Positions 32,801 to 46,800 of a stretch of 64,000 nucleotides of DNA are shown in pieces. The position numbers and the translations under genes are program-made. Source of the stretch: Pristiophorus japonicus (lineage: Eukaryota); contig NC_092010.1 of NCBI RefSeq assembly GCF_044704955.1, positions 6,572,001-6,636,000 on the forward strand, written 5' to 3'. A model generated the notes under the pieces. That model had not been told where the DNA came from. It saw nothing but the letters and a program-made list of their open reading frames with translations, and made no database searches. Positions within the stretch are counted from its first letter, which is position 1. Every line of letters starts with the position of its first letter.

Positions 32801-35800
32801 AGCTGGGAGTGGGGTTGGGGGCGGAGCTGCGAGTGGGACTGGGGCCGGAGCTGGGAGAGGGGCTGGGGGTGGAGCTGCGAGTGGGGCTGAGGCCGGAGCT
32901 GGGAGAGGGGCTGGCGGCGGAGCTGGGAGTGAGCCTAGGGGCGGATCTGGGAGTGGGGCTGGGGGCGGAGCTGGGACTGAGCCTGAGGCCGGAGCTGGGA
33001 GTGAGGCTGGGTGAGGAGCTGGGAGTTGGCCTGGGGGCGGAGGTGGGAGAGGGGCTGGGGGCGGAGCTGGGAGAGGGGTTGGGGGCGGAGCTGGGAGTAT
33101 GGCTGGGGGCAGAGCTGGGAGAGGGGCTGGGGGCTCAGATGGGAGAGGGGCTGGTGGCGGAGCTGGGAGAGGGGCTGGTGGCGGAGCTGAGAGAGGGGCT
33201 GGTGGCGGAGCTGGGAGAGGGTCTGCGGGTGCAGCTGGGAGAGGGGCTGGTGGCGGAGCTGAGAGAGGGGCTAGTGGCGGAGCTGGGAGAGGGTCTGCGG
33301 GTGGAGCTGGGAGAGGGTCTGGTGGCGGAGCTGAGAGAGGGGCTGGTGGTGGAGCTGAGAGAGGGGCTGGTGGCGGAGCTGGGAGTGAGCCTTGGAGCGG
33401 AGCTGGGAGAGGGTCTGCGGGTGGTGCTGGGAGAGGGTCTGCGGGCAGAGCTGGGTTTGGGGCTGGAGGCGGAGCTGGGAGAGCGGTTGGAGGCGGAGCT
33501 GGGAGTGAGCCTTGGAGCGGAGCTGGGAGAGGGGTTGTGGGCGGAGATGGGAGTGAGCCTGGGGGAGGAGCTGGGACTGAGCCTGAGGCCAGAGCTGGGA
33601 GTGGGGCTGGGAGTCAGCCTGGGGGCGGAGGTGGGAGAGGGGCTGGGCCGGAGCTGGGAGTGAGGCTGGGGGCGGAGCTGGGAGTGGGGCTGGGGGCGGA
33701 GCTGGAAATGCGCCTGGGGGCGGAGCTGGGAGTCTGCCGGGTTGGAGCTGGGGCCGGAGCAGGGAGAGGGGCTGTGGGCTGAGCTGGAAGAGGGGCTGGG
33801 GCCGGAGATGGGAGTGGGGCTGGAGGCGGAGCTGCGAGAGGGGCTGGAGGCGGAGCTGCGAGAGGGGCTGCGGGCGGCGCTGGGAGTGAGCCTGGGGGCA
33901 GAGATGGGAGTGAGTCTGTGGGCGGAGCTGGGAGTAAGCCTGGGGGTAGAGCTGGTAGATGGGCTGGGGGCTCAGCTGGGAGAGGGGCTGGGGGCGGAGC
34001 TAGGAGTGAGCCTGGGGGTGGAGCTGGGAGAGGAACTTAGAGAGGAGTTGGGGGCGGAGCTGGGAGTGAGTCTGGGGGTGGAGCTGGGACAAGGGTTGGG
34101 GGCGGAGCTGGGAGTGAGCCTGGGGGCGGAGCTGGGTCTGAGTCGGAGGCCGGAGCTGGGAGTGGTGCTGGGGGCGGAGCTGGGAGTGAGCTAGGGGAGG
34201 AGCTGGGAGTGAGCCTGGGGGCGGAGCTGGGAGAAGGGATGGAGGCGGAGCTGGGAGTGAGCCTGGGGGCGGAGCTGGGAGTGAGCCTGGGGGCAGAGCT
34301 GGTAGATGGGCTGGGGGCTCAGCTGGGAGAGGGGCTTGGGGCGGAGCTAGGAGTGAGCCTGGGGGCGGAGCTGGGAGAGGGGCTGGAGGCGGAGCTGGGA
34401 GAGGGGCTGGGGGCGGAGCTGGGCGTAAGCCTGGGGTCAGAGCTAGGAGAGGGGTTGGGGGCAGAGCTTCGAGTGGGGCTGGGGCCGGAGCTGGGAGAGG
34501 GGCTGGGGGTGGAGCTGCGAGTGGGGCTGAGGCCGGAGCTAGGAGAGGGGCTGGCGGCGGAGCTGGGATTGGGGCTGGAGACGGAGCTGGGAGAAGGGTT
34601 GGGGGCGGAGCTCGAAGTGAGCCTTGGAGCGGAGCTGGGAGAGTGGTTGGGGGCGGAGATGGGAGTGAGCCTGGGGGCGGAGCTGGGAGTGGGGCTGGTG
34701 GCGGAGCTGGGAGAGGGGCTGTGGGCTGAGCTGGGAATGTGCCGGGGTGCAGAGCTGTGAGTGGGGCGGGTGCGGAGCTGGGAGATGGGCTGTGGGTGGA
34801 GCTGAGAGAGGGGCTGTGGGCGGAGCTGGGAGTGGGGCTGTGGGCGGAGCTGGGAGTGGGGCTGGTGGCGGGGAAGTGAGAAGGGCTGTGGGGCGAGCTG
34901 GGAGTGGGGCTGGGGGTGGAGCTGGGAGTGAGCCTTGGGGCGGAGCTGGGATTGTGTCTGGTGGGACAGCTGTGAGAGGGGCTTGGGACGGAGCTGGTAG
35001 TGGGGCTGGGTTGGAGCTGAGAGAGGGTTTGGGGCGAATCTGGGAGTGAGCCTGGGGGTGGAGCTGGGAGTGAGCGTGGGGGTGGAGTTGGGAGAGGGTC
35101 TGCGGGTGGAGCTGGGAGAGGGTCTGCGGGTGGAGCTGGGAGAGGGTCTGGTGGCGGAGCTGAGAGAGGGCCTGGTGGCGGAGCTGAGAGAGGGGCTGGT
35201 GGTGGAGCTGCGAGAGGGGCTGGTGGCGGAGCTGGGAGAGGGGCTGGTGGCGGAGCTGAGAGTGGTGCTGGTGGCGGAGCTGGGAGAGGGTCTGCGGGTG
35301 GCGCTGGGAGAGGGGCTGGTGGCGGAACTGAGAGTGGGGCTGGTGGTGGAGCTGAGAGAGGGGCTTGTGGCGGAGCTGAGTGAGGGGCTGGTGGCGGAGC
35401 TGAGAGAGGGGCTGGTGGCGGAGCTGAGAGAGGGGCTGGTGGCGGAGCTGAGAGAGGGGCTGGTGGCGGAGCTCGGAGAGGGTCTGGTGGCGGAGCTGGG
35501 AGAGGGTCTGCGGGCGGAGCTGGGAGGGGGTCTGCAGGCGGAGCTGGGAGGGGGACTGGTGGCGGAGCTGAGAGGGACTGGTGGCGGAGCTGAGAGAGGG
35601 GCTGGTGGCGGAGCTGGGAGAGGGTCTGCGGGTGGAGCTGGGAGAGGGACTGGTGGCGGAGCTGAGAGAGGGGCTGGTGGCGGAGCTGGGAGAGGGTCTG
35701 CGGGTGGAGCTGGGAGAGGGTCTGCGGGTGGAGCTGGGAGAGGGGCTTGTGGCGGAGCTGAGAGAGGGGCTGTTGGCGGAGCTGAGAAAGGGGCTGGTGG

Positions 35801-37464
35801 CGGAACTGAGAGAGGGGCTGGTGGAGGAGCTGGGAGAGGGTCTGCGGGTGGAGCTGGGAGAGGGTCTGCGGGTGGAGCTGGGAGAGGGACTTGTGGCGGA
35901 GCTGAGAGAGGGGCTGGTGGCGGAGCTGAGAAAGGGGCTCGTGGCGGAACTGAGAGAGGGGCTGGTGGCGGAACTGAGAGAGGGGCTGGTGGCGGAGCTG
36001 GGAGTGGGGCTGGTGGCGGAGATGGGAGAGGGGCTGTGGGCTGAGCTGGGAGTGTGCCTGGGTGCGGAGCTGTGAGTGGGGCGGGTGCGGAGCTTGTCGT
36101 GGGGCTCTGGGCGGAGCTGGGAGATGGGCTGGGGGTGGAGTTGTGCGAGAGGCTGTGGGCGGAGCTGGGAGTGGGGCTGGTGGCGGAGCTGGAAGTGGGG
36201 CGCAGGGCGGAGCTGGGAGATGGGCTGGGGGTGGAGTTGTGCGAGGGGCTGTGGGCGGAGCTGGGAGTGGGGCTGGTGGCGGGGAAGTGAGAAGGGCTGT
36301 GGGGCGAGCTGGGAGTGGGGCTGGGGGTGGAGCTGGGAGTGAGCCTTGGGGCGGAGCTGGGATTGTGTCTGGTGGGACAGCTGTGAGAGGGGCTTGGGAC
36401 GGAGCTGGTAGTGGGGCTGGGTTGGAGCTGAGAGAGGGTTTGGGGCGAATCTGGGAGTGAGCCTGGGGGTGGAGCTGGGAGTGAGCGTGGGGGTGGAGTT
36501 GGGAGAGGGTCTGCGGGTGGAGCTGGGAGAGGGTCTGCGGGTGGAGCTGGGAGAGGGTCTGGTGGCGGAGCTGAGAGAGGGCCTGGTGGCGGAGCTGAGA
36601 GAGGGGCTGGTGGTGGAGCTGCGAGAGGGGCTGGTGGCGGAGCTGGGAGAGGGGCTGGTGGCGGAGCTGAGAGTGGTGCTGGTGGCGGAGCTGGGAGAGG
36701 GTCTGCGGGTGGTGCTGGGAGAGGGGCTGGTGGCGGAACTGAGAGTGGGGCTGGTGGTGGAGCTGAGAGAGGGGCTTGTGGCGGAGCTGAGTGAGGGGCT
36801 GGTGGCGGAGCTGAGAGAGGGGCTGGTGGCGGAGCTGAGAGAGGGGCTGGTGGCGGAGCTGAGAGAGGGGCTGGTGGCGGAGCTCGGAGAGGGTCTGGTG
36901 GCGGAGCTGGGAGAGGGTCTGCGGGCGGAGCTGGGAGGGGGTCTGCAGGCGGAGCTGGGAGGGGGACTGGTGGCGGAGCTGAGAGGGACTGGTGGCGGAG
37001 CTGAGAGAGGGGCTGGTGGCGGAGCTGGGAGAGGGTCTGCGGGTGGAGCTGGGAGAGGGACTGGTGGCGGAGCTGAGAGAGGGGCTGGTGGCGGAGCTGG
37101 GAGAGGGTCTGCGGGTGGAGCTGGGAGAGGGTCTGCGGGTGGAGCTGGGAGAGGGGCTTGTGGCGGAGCTGAGAGAGGGGCTGTTGGCGGAGCTGAGAAA
37201 GGGGCTGGTGGCGGAACTGAGAGAGGGGCTGGTGGAGGAGCTGGGAGAGGGTCTGCGGGTGGAGCTGGGAGAGGGTCTGCGGGTGGAGCTGGGAGAGGGA
37301 CTTGTGGCGGAGCTGAGAGAGGGGCTGGTGGCGGAGCTGAGAAAGGGGCTCGTGGCGGAACTGAGAGAGGGGCTGGTGGCGGAACTGAGAGAGGGGCTGG
37401 TGGCGGAGCTGGGAGTGGGGCTGGTGGCGGAGATGGGAGAGGGGCTGTGGGCTGAGCTGGGAGT

Positions 37465-40400
37465 GTGCCTGGGTGCGGAGCTGTGAGTGGGGCGGGTGCG
37501 GAGCTTGTCGTGGGGCTCTGGGCGGAGCTGGGAGATGGGCTGGGGGTGGAGTTGTGCGAGAGGCTGTGGGCGGAGCTGGGAGTGGGGCTGGTGGCGGAGC
37601 TGGAAGTGGGGCGCAGGGCGGAGCTGGGAGATGGGCTGGGGGTGGAGTTGTGCGAGGGGCTGTGGGCGGAGCTGGGAGTGGGGCTGGTGGCGGAGCTGGA
37701 AGTGGGGCGCAGGGCGGAGCTGGGAGAGGGGCTGGGGACGGGGAAGTGAGAAGGGCTGTGGGGGGAGCTGGGAGTGGGGCTGGGGGCGGAGCTGGGAGTG
37801 GGGCTGGAGGTGGAGCTGGGAGTGGGGCTGGAGGCGGAGCTTGGAGTGAGCTAGCGGAGGAGCTGGGAGTGAGCCTGAGGGCGGAGCTGGGACTGAGCCT
37901 GAGGCCGGAGCTGGTCGTGAGGCTGGGTGAGGAGCTGGGCGTGAGCCTGGGGTCAGAGCTGGGAGAGGGGTTGGGGGCAGAGCTGCGAGTGGGGCTGGGG
38001 CCGGAGCTGGGAGTGGGGCTGGGGCCGGAGCTGGGAGAGGGGCTGAGGGCGGAGCTGCGAGTGGGGCTGGGAGCGGAGCTGGGCGAGAGGTTGGGGGCGG
38101 AGCTGGGAGTGAGCCAAGGGGCGGATCTGGGAGTGGGGCTGGGGGCGGAGCTGGGACTGAGCCTGAGGCCGGAGCTGGTAGTGAGGCTGGGTGAGGAGCT
38201 GGGAGTTGGCCTGGTGGCGGAGGTGGGAGAGGGGCTGGGGGCGGAGCTGGGCGTGAGCCTAGGCGCGGAGCTGGGAGTATGGCTGGGGGCAGAGCTGGGA
38301 GAGGGGCTGGGGGCTCAGCTGGGAGTGGGGCTGCAGGCGGAGCTGGTAGTGGGGCTGTGGGCTGAGCTGGGAGCGTGCCTGGGTGCGGAGCTGTGAGTGG
38401 GGCGGGTGCGGAGATCGTAGTGGGGCTCTGGGCGGAGCTGGGAGAGGGGTTGGGGGTGGAGCTGTGAGAGGGGCTGGGGGTGGAGCTGTGAGAGGGGCTG
38501 TGGGCGGAGCTGGGAGTGGGGCTGGTGGCGGAGCTGCGAGGGGGGCGCAGGGCGGAGCTGGGAGAGGGGCTGAGGGCGCGGAAGTGAGAAGGGCTGTGGG
38601 GGGAGCTGGGTGTGGGGCTGGGGGCGGAGCTGGGATTGTGTCTGGTGGGGCAGCTGTGAGAGGGGCTGGGGACGGAGCTGGAAGTGGGGCTGGGGGCGGA
38701 GCTGGGAGTGGGGCTGGGGGTGGAGCTGAGAAAGGGTTTGGGCTGGAGCTTGGAGTGAGCCTGGGGGTGGAGCTGGGAGATGGGTTGGGGGCGGAGCTGG
38801 GAGAGGGGCTGTGGGTGGAGCTGGGAGTGAGCCTTGGGGCGAAGCTGGAATTATGTCTGGGGGGGCAGCTGTGAGAGGGGCTGGGGGCGGAGCTGGTCAT
38901 GGGGCTGGGGGCGGAGCTGGGAGTGAGCCTGGGGTGGAGCTGGGAGATGGGTTGGGGGCGGAGCTGGGAGAGGGGTTGGGGGCGGAGCTGGGAGTGAGCC
39001 TGGGAGCGGAGCTGGGTCTGAGCCTGAGGCCGGAGCTGGGACTGGGCCTGGGGACGGAGCTGGGAGTGGGCTGGGGGTGGAGCTGGGAGTGAGCTAGGGG
39101 AGGAGCTGGGAGCGAGCCTGGGGGCGGAGCTGGAAGAAGGGCTGGGGGCGGAGCTGGGAGTGAGCCTGGGTGCGGAGCTGTGAGTGGGGCGGGTGCGGAG
39201 CTTGTCGTGGGGCTCTGGGCGGAGCTGGGAGATGGGCTGGGGGTGGAGTTGTGCGAGAGGCTGTGGGCGGAGCTGGGAGTGGGGCTGGTGGCGGAGCTGG
39301 AAGTGGGGCGCAGGGCGGAGCTGGGAGATGGGCTGGGGGTGGAGTTGTGCGAGGGGCTGTGGGCGGAGCTGGGAGTGGGGCTGGTGGCGGAGCTGGAAGT
39401 GGGGCGCAGGGCGGAGCTGGGAGAGGGGCTGGGGACGGGGAAGTGAGAAGGGCTGTGGGGGGAGCTGGGAGTGGGGCTGGGGGCGGAGCTGGGAGTGGGG
39501 CTGGAGGTGGAGCTGGGAGTGGGGCTGGAGGCGGAGCTTGGAGTGAGCTAGCGGAGGAGCTGGGAGTGAGCCTGAGGGCGGAGCTGGGACTGAGCCTGAG
39601 GCCGGAGCTGGTCGTGAGGCTGGGTGAGGAGCTGGGCGTGAGCCTGGGGTCAGAGCTGGGAGAGGGGTTGGGGGCAGAGCTGCGAGTGGGGCTGGGGCCG
39701 GAGCTGGGAGTGGGGCTGGGGCCGGAGCTGGGAGAGGGGCTGAGGGCGGAGCTGCGAGTGGGGCTGGGAGCGGAGCTGGGCGAGAGGTTGGGGGCGGAGC
39801 TGGGAGTGAGCCAAGGGGCGGATCTGGGAGTGGGGCTGGGGGCGGAGCTGGGACTGAGCCTGAGGCCGGAGCTGGTAGTGAGGCTGGGTGAGGAGCTGGG
39901 AGTTGGCCTGGTGGCGGAGGTGGGAGAGGGGCTGGGGGCGGAGCTGGGCGTGAGCCTAGGCGCGGAGCTGGGAGTATGGCTGGGGGCAGAGCTGGGAGAG
40001 GGGCTGGGGGCTCAGCTGGGAGTGGGGCTGCAGGCGGAGCTGGTAGTGGGGCTGTGGGCTGAGCTGGGAGCGTGCCTGGGTGCGGAGCTGTGAGTGGGGC
40101 GGGTGCGGAGATCGTAGTGGGGCTCTGGGCGGAGCTGGGAGAGGGGTTGGGGGTGGAGCTGTGAGAGGGGCTGGGGGTGGAGCTGTGAGAGGGGCTGTGG
40201 GCGGAGCTGGGAGTGGGGCTGGTGGCGGAGCTGCGAGGGGGGCGCAGGGCGGAGCTGGGAGAGGGGCTGAGGGCGCGGAAGTGAGAAGGGCTGTGGGGGG
40301 AGCTGGGTGTGGGGCTGGGGGCGGAGCTGGGATTGTGTCTGGTGGGGCAGCTGTGAGAGGGGCTGGGGACGGAGCTGGAAGTGGGGCTGGGGGCGGAGCT

Positions 40401-40860
40401 GGGAGTGGGGCTGGGGGTGGAGCTGAGAAAGGGTTTGGGCTGGAGCTTGGAGTGAGCCTGGGGGTGGAGCTGGGAGATGGGTTGGGGGCGGAGCTGGGAG
40501 AGGGGCTGTGGGTGGAGCTGGGAGTGAGCCTTGGGGCGAAGCTGGAATTATGTCTGGGGGGGCAGCTGTGAGAGGGGCTGGGGGCGGAGCTGGTCATGGG
40601 GCTGGGGGCGGAGCTGGGAGTGAGCCTGGGGTGGAGCTGGGAGATGGGTTGGGGGCGGAGCTGGGAGAGGGGTTGGGGGCGGAGCTGGGAGTGAGCCTGG
40701 GAGCGGAGCTGGGTCTGAGCCTGAGGCCGGAGCTGGGACTGGGCCTGGGGACGGAGCTGGGAGTGGGCTGGGGGTGGAGCTGGGAGTGAGCTAGGGGAGG
40801 AGCTGGGAGCGAGCCTGGGGGCGGAGCTGGAAGAAGGGCTGGGGGCGGAGCTGGGAGTGA
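37465..40860 (+). repeat. 1697-bp tandem duplication (also from ~27070, interrupted by the gap; single copy at ~45500-47200)
   Basis: ORF pairs 37473/39170, 38383/40080, 38811/40508 and 27076/28773 are all offset by 1697. Confidence 0.9.
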
Positions 40861-43800
40861 GCCTGGGAGCGGAGCTGGGAGTGAGCCTGGGGGCGGAGCT
40901 GGGAGAGGGGCTGGGGGCGTAGCTGGCAGTGGGGCTGGGGGCGGAGCTGGTAGATGGGCTGGGGGCTCAGCTGGGAGAGGGGCTGGGGGCTCAGCTGGGA
41001 GAGGGACTGGGGGCGGAGCTGGGAGTGGGGCTGCAGGCGGAGCTGGGAGTGAGCTAGGGGAGGAGCTGGGAGTGAGCCTGGGGGCGGAGCTGGGAGTGAG
41101 CCTGGGGGCGGAGCTGGGAGAGGGGCTGGAGGCGGAGCTGGGAGTGAGCTAAGGGAGGAGCTGGGAGTGGGGCTGCAGGCGGAGCTGGGAGTGAGCTAGG
41201 GGAGGAGCTGGGAGAGGGGCTGGAGGTGGAGCTGCGAGTGGGGCTGAGGCCGGAGGTGGGAGAGGGGTTGGCGGCGGAGCTGGGATTGGGCCTGGAGGTG
41301 CAGCTGGAAGAGCGGTTGGTGGCGGAGCTGCGAGTGAGCCTGGCGGCGGAGCTGGGAGAGGGGTTGGGGTCGGAGATGGGAGTGAGCCTGGGGGCAGAGC
41401 TGGGAGTGGGGCTGGGGGTGGAGCTGGTAGTGGGTCTGGTGGCGGAGCTGGGAGAGGGGCTGTGGGCTGAGCTGGGAGTGTGCCTGGGTGCGGAGCTGTG
41501 AGTGGGGCGGGTGCGGAGCTCGTAGTGGGGCTCTGGGCGGAGCTGGGAGATGGGCTGGGGGTGGAGCTGCGAGCGGGGTTGGGGGCGGAGCTGTGAGAGG
41601 ATCTGGGTCGGGGCTGGGGGTGGAGCTGGGAGTGAGCGTGGGGGTGGAGCTGGTCGTGAGCCTGGGGGCGGAGCTGGGAGAGGGGCTGGGGACGGAGCTC
41701 TGAGTGTGGCTGTGGGCGGAGGTGGGAGAGGGGCTGGGGGCGGAGTTGGGAGAGGGTCTGCGGGCGGAGCTGGGAGAGGGTCTGCGGGTGGAGCTGGGAG
41801 TGAGCCTGGGGGTGGAGCTGGGAGATGGGTTGGGGGCGGAGCTGGGAGAGGGGCTGGGGACAGAGCTGGGAGTGGGGCTGGGGACAGAGCTGGGAGTGGG
41901 GCTGGAGGCGGAGCTGGGAGTGGGGTTCAGGGCGGAGCTAGGAGTGGGGCTTCGGGTGGAGCTGGGAGAGGGGCTGGAGGCGGGGAAGTGAGAGGGGCTG
42001 TGGGCGGAGCTGGGAGTCGGTCTGGGTCGGAGCTGGGAGTGAGCCTTGGGGCGAAGCTGGAATTGTGTCTGGGGGGGGCAGCTGTGAGAGTGGCTGGAGG
42101 CAGAGCTGGGAGTAAGCTAGGGGAGGAGCTGGGATTGAGCCTGGGGGCGGAGCTGGGAGAGGGGCTGGGGGCAGAGCTGGGAGTGAGCCTGGGGGCGGAG
42201 TTGGGAGTGAGCCTGGGGGCAGAGCTGGTAGATGGGCTGGGGGCGGAGCTGGGAGTGGGGTTGGGGGCGGAGCTGCGAGTGGGACTGGGGCCGGAGCTGG
42301 GAGAGGGGCTGGGGGTGGAGCTGCGAGTGGGGCTGAGGCCGGAGCTGGGAGAGGGGCTGGCGGCGGAGCTGGGAGTGAGCCTAGGGGCGGATCTGGGAGT
42401 GGGGCTGGGGGCGGAGCTGGGACTGAGCCTGAGGCCGGAGCTGGGAGTGAGGCTGGGTGAGGAGCTGGGAGTTGGCCTGGGGGCGGAGGTGGGAGAGGGG
42501 CTGGGGGCGGAGCTGGGAGAGGGGTTGGGGGCGGAGCTGGGAGTATGGCTGGGGGCAGAGCTGGGAGAGGGGCTGGGGGCTCAGATGGGAGAGGGGCTGG
42601 TGGCGGAGCTGGGAGAGGGGCTGGTGGCGGAGCTGAGAGAGGGGCTGGTGGCGGAGCTGGGAGAGGGTCTGCGGGTGCAGCTGGGAGAGGGGCTGGTGGC
42701 GGAGCTGAGAGAGGGGCTAGTGGCGGAGCTGGGAGAGGGTCTGCGGGTGGAGCTGGGAGAGGGTCTGGTGGCGGAGCTGAGAGAGGGGCTGGTGGTGGAG
42801 CTGAGAGAGGGGCTGGTGGCGGAGCTGGGAGTGAGCCTTGGAGCGGAGCTGGGAGAGGGTCTGCGGGTGGTGCTGGGAGAGGGTCTGCGGGCAGAGCTGG
42901 GTTTGGGGCTGGAGGCGGAGCTGGGAGAGCGGTTGGAGGCGGAGCTGGGAGTGAGCCTTGGAGCGGAGCTGGGAGAGGGGTTGTGGGCGGAGATGGGAGT
43001 GAGCCTGGGGGAGGAGCTGGGACTGAGCCTGAGGCCAGAGCTGGGAGTGGGGCTGGGAGTCAGCCTGGGGGCGGAGGTGGGAGAGGGGCTGGGCCGGAGC
43101 TGGGAGTGAGGCTGGGGGCGGAGCTGGGAGTGGGGCTGGGGGCGGAGCTGGAAATGCGCCTGGGGGCGGAGCTGGGAGTCTGCCGGGTTGGAGCTGGGGC
43201 CGGAGCAGGGAGAGGGGCTGTGGGCTGAGCTGGAAGAGGGGCTGGGGCCGGAGATGGGAGTGGGGCTGGAGGCGGAGCTGCGAGAGGGGCTGGAGGCGGA
43301 GCTGCGAGAGGGGCTGCGGGCGGCGCTGGGAGTGAGCCTGGGGGCAGAGATGGGAGTGAGTCTGTGGGCGGAGCTGGGAGTAAGCCTGGGGGTAGAGCTG
43401 GTAGATGGGCTGGGGGCTCAGCTGGGAGAGGGGCTGGGGGCGGAGCTAGGAGTGAGCCTGGGGGTGGAGCTGGGAGAGGAACTTAGAGAGGAGTTGGGGG
43501 CGGAGCTGGGAGTGAGTCTGGGGGTGGAGCTGGGACAAGGGTTGGGGGCGGAGCTGGGAGTGAGCCTGGGGGCGGAGCTGGGTCTGAGTCGGAGGCCGGA
43601 GCTGGGAGTGGTGCTGGGGGCGGAGCTGGGAGTGAGCTAGGGGAGGAGCTGGGAGTGAGCCTGGGGGCGGAGCTGGGAGAAGGGATGGAGGCGGAGCTGG
43701 GAGTGAGCCTGGGGGCGGAGCTGGGAGTGAGCCTGGGGGCAGAGCTGGTAGATGGGCTGGGGGCTCAGCTGGGAGAGGGGCTTGGGGCGGAGCTAGGAGT

Positions 43801-46800
43801 GAGCCTGGGGGCGGAGCTGGGAGAGGGGCTGGAGGCGGAGCTGGGAGAGGGGCTGGGGGCGGAGCTGGGCGTAAGCCTGGGGTCAGAGCTAGGAGAGGGG
43901 TTGGGGGCAGAGCTTCGAGTGGGGCTGGGGCCGGAGCTGGGAGAGGGGCTGGGGGTGGAGCTGCGAGTGGGGCTGAGGCCGGAGCTAGGAGAGGGGCTGG
44001 CGGCGGAGCTGGGATTGGGGCTGGAGACGGAGCTGGGAGAAGGGTTGGGGGCGGAGCTCGAAGTGAGCCTTGGAGCGGAGCTGGGAGAGTGGTTGGGGGC
44101 GGAGATGGGAGTGAGCCTGGGGGCGGAGCTGGGAGTGGGGCTGGTGGCGGAGCTGGGAGAGGGGCTGTGGGCTGAGCTGGGAATGTGCCGGGGTGCAGAG
44201 CTGTGAGTGGGGCGGGTGCGGAGCTGGGAGATGGGCTGTGGGTGGAGCTGAGAGAGGGGCTGTGGGCGGAGCTGGGAGTGGGGCTGTGGGCGGAGCTGGG
44301 AGTGGGGCTGGTGGCGGGGAAGTGAGAAGGGCTGTGGGGCGAGCTGGGAGTGGGGCTGGGGGTGGAGCTGGGAGTGAGCCTTGGGGCGGAGCTGGGATTG
44401 TGTCTGGTGGGACAGCTGTGAGAGGGGCTTGGGACGGAGCTGGTAGTGGGGCTGGGTTGGAGCTGAGAGAGGGTTTGGGGCGAATCTGGGAGTGAGCCTG
44501 GGGGTGGAGCTGGGAGTGAGCGTGGGGGTGGAGTTGGGAGAGGGTCTGCGGGTGGAGCTGGGAGAGGGTCTGCGGGTGGAGCTGGGAGAGGGTCTGGTGG
44601 CGGAGCTGAGAGAGGGCCTGGTGGCGGAGCTGAGAGAGGGGCTGGTGGTGGAGCTGCGAGAGGGGCTGGTGGCGGAGCTGGGAGAGGGGCTGGTGGCGGA
44701 GCTGAGAGTGGTGCTGGTGGCGGAGCTGGGAGAGGGTCTGCGGGTGGCGCTGGGAGAGGGGCTGGTGGCGGAACTGAGAGTGGGGCTGGTGGTGGAGCTG
44801 AGAGAGGGGCTTGTGGCGGAGCTGAGTGAGGGGCTGGTGGCGGAGCTGAGAGAGGGGCTGGTGGCGGAGCTGAGAGAGGGGCTGGTGGCGGAGCTGAGAG
44901 AGGGGCTGGTGGCGGAGCTCGGAGAGGGTCTGGTGGCGGAGCTGGGAGAGGGTCTGCGGGCGGAGCTGGGAGGGGGTCTGCAGGCGGAGCTGGGAGGGGG
45001 ACTGGTGGCGGAGCTGAGAGGGACTGGTGGCGGAGCTGAGAGAGGGGCTGGTGGCGGAGCTGGGAGAGGGTCTGCGGGTGGAGCTGGGAGAGGGACTGGT
45101 GGCGGAGCTGAGAGAGGGGCTGGTGGCGGAGCTGGGAGAGGGTCTGCGGGTGGAGCTGGGAGAGGGTCTGCGGGTGGAGCTGGGAGAGGGGCTTGTGGCG
45201 GAGCTGAGAGAGGGGCTGTTGGCGGAGCTGAGAAAGGGGCTGGTGGCGGAACTGAGAGAGGGGCTGGTGGAGGAGCTGGGAGAGGGTCTGCGGGTGGAGC
45301 TGGGAGAGGGTCTGCGGGTGGAGCTGGGAGAGGGACTTGTGGCGGAGCTGAGAGAGGGGCTGGTGGCGGAGCTGAGAAAGGGGCTCGTGGCGGAACTGAG
45401 AGAGGGGCTGGTGGCGGAACTGAGAGAGGGGCTGGTGGCGGAGCTGGGAGTGGGGCTGGTGGCGGAGATGGGAGAGGGGCTGTGGGCTGAGCTGGGAGTG
45501 TGCCTGGGTGCGGAGCTGTGAGTGGGGCGGGTGCGGAGCTTGTCGTGGGGCTCTGGGCGGAGCTGGGAGATGGGCTGGGGGTGGAGTTGTGCGAGAGGCT
45601 GTGGGCGGAGCTGGGAGTGGGGCTGGTGGCGGAGCTGGAAGTGGGGCGCAGGGCGGAGCTGGGAGATGGGCTGGGGGTGGAGTTGTGCGAGGGGCTGTGG
45701 GCGGAGCTGGGAGTGGGGCTGGTGGCGGAGCTGGAAGTGGGGCGCAGGGCGGAGCTGGGAGAGGGGCTGGGGACGGGGAAGTGAGAAGGGCTGTGGGGGG
45801 AGCTGGGAGTGGGGCTGGGGGCGGAGCTGGGAGTGGGGCTGGAGGTGGAGCTGGGAGTGGGGCTGGAGGCGGAGCTGGGAGTGAGCTAGCGGAGGAGCTG
45901 GGAGTGAGCCTGAGGGCGGAGCTGGGACTGAGCCTGAGGCCGGAGCTGGTCGTGAGGCTGGGTGAGGAGCTGGGCGTGAGCCTGGGGTCAGAGCTGGGAG
46001 AGGGGTTGGGGGCAGAGCTGCGAGTGGGGCTGGGGCCGGAGCTGGGAGTGGGGCTGGGGCCGGAGCTGGGAGAGGGGCTGAGGGCGGAGCTGCGAGTGGG
46101 GCTGGGAGCGGAGCTGGGCGAGAGGTTGGGGGCGGAGCTGGGAGTGAGCCAAGGGGCGGATCTGGGAGTGGGGCTGGGGGCGGAGCTGGGACTGAGCCTG
46201 AGGCCGGAGCTGGTAGTGAGGCTGGGTGAGGAGCTGGGAGTTGGCCTGGTGGCGGAGGTGGGAGAGGGGCTGGGGGCGGAGCTGGGCGTGAGCCTAGGCG
46301 CGGAGCTGGGAGTATGGCTGGGGGCAGAGCTGGGAGAGGGGCTGGGGGCTCAGCTGGGAGTGGGGCTGCAGGCGGAGCTGGTAGTGGGGCTGTGGGCTGA
46401 GCTGGGAGCGTGCCTGGGTGCGGAGCTGTGAGTGGGGCGGGTGCGGAGATCGTAGTGGGGCTCTGGGCGGAGCTGGGAGAGGGGTTGGGGGTGGAGCTGT
46501 GAGAGGGGCTGGGGGTGGAGCTGTGAGAGGGGCTGTGGGCGGAGCTGGGAGTGGGGCTGGTGGCGGAGCTGCGAGGGGGGCGCAGGGCGGAGCTGGGAGA
46601 GGGGCTGAGGGCGCGGAAGTGAGAAGGGCTGTGGGGGGAGCTGGGTGTGGGGCTGGGGGCGGAGCTGGGATTGTGTCTGGTGGGGCAGCTGTGAGAGGGG
46701 CTGGGGACGGAGCTGGAAGTGGGGCTGGGGGCGGAGCTGGGAGTGGGGCTGGGGGTGGAGCTGAGAAAGGGTTTGGGCTGGAGCTTGGAGTGAGCCTGGG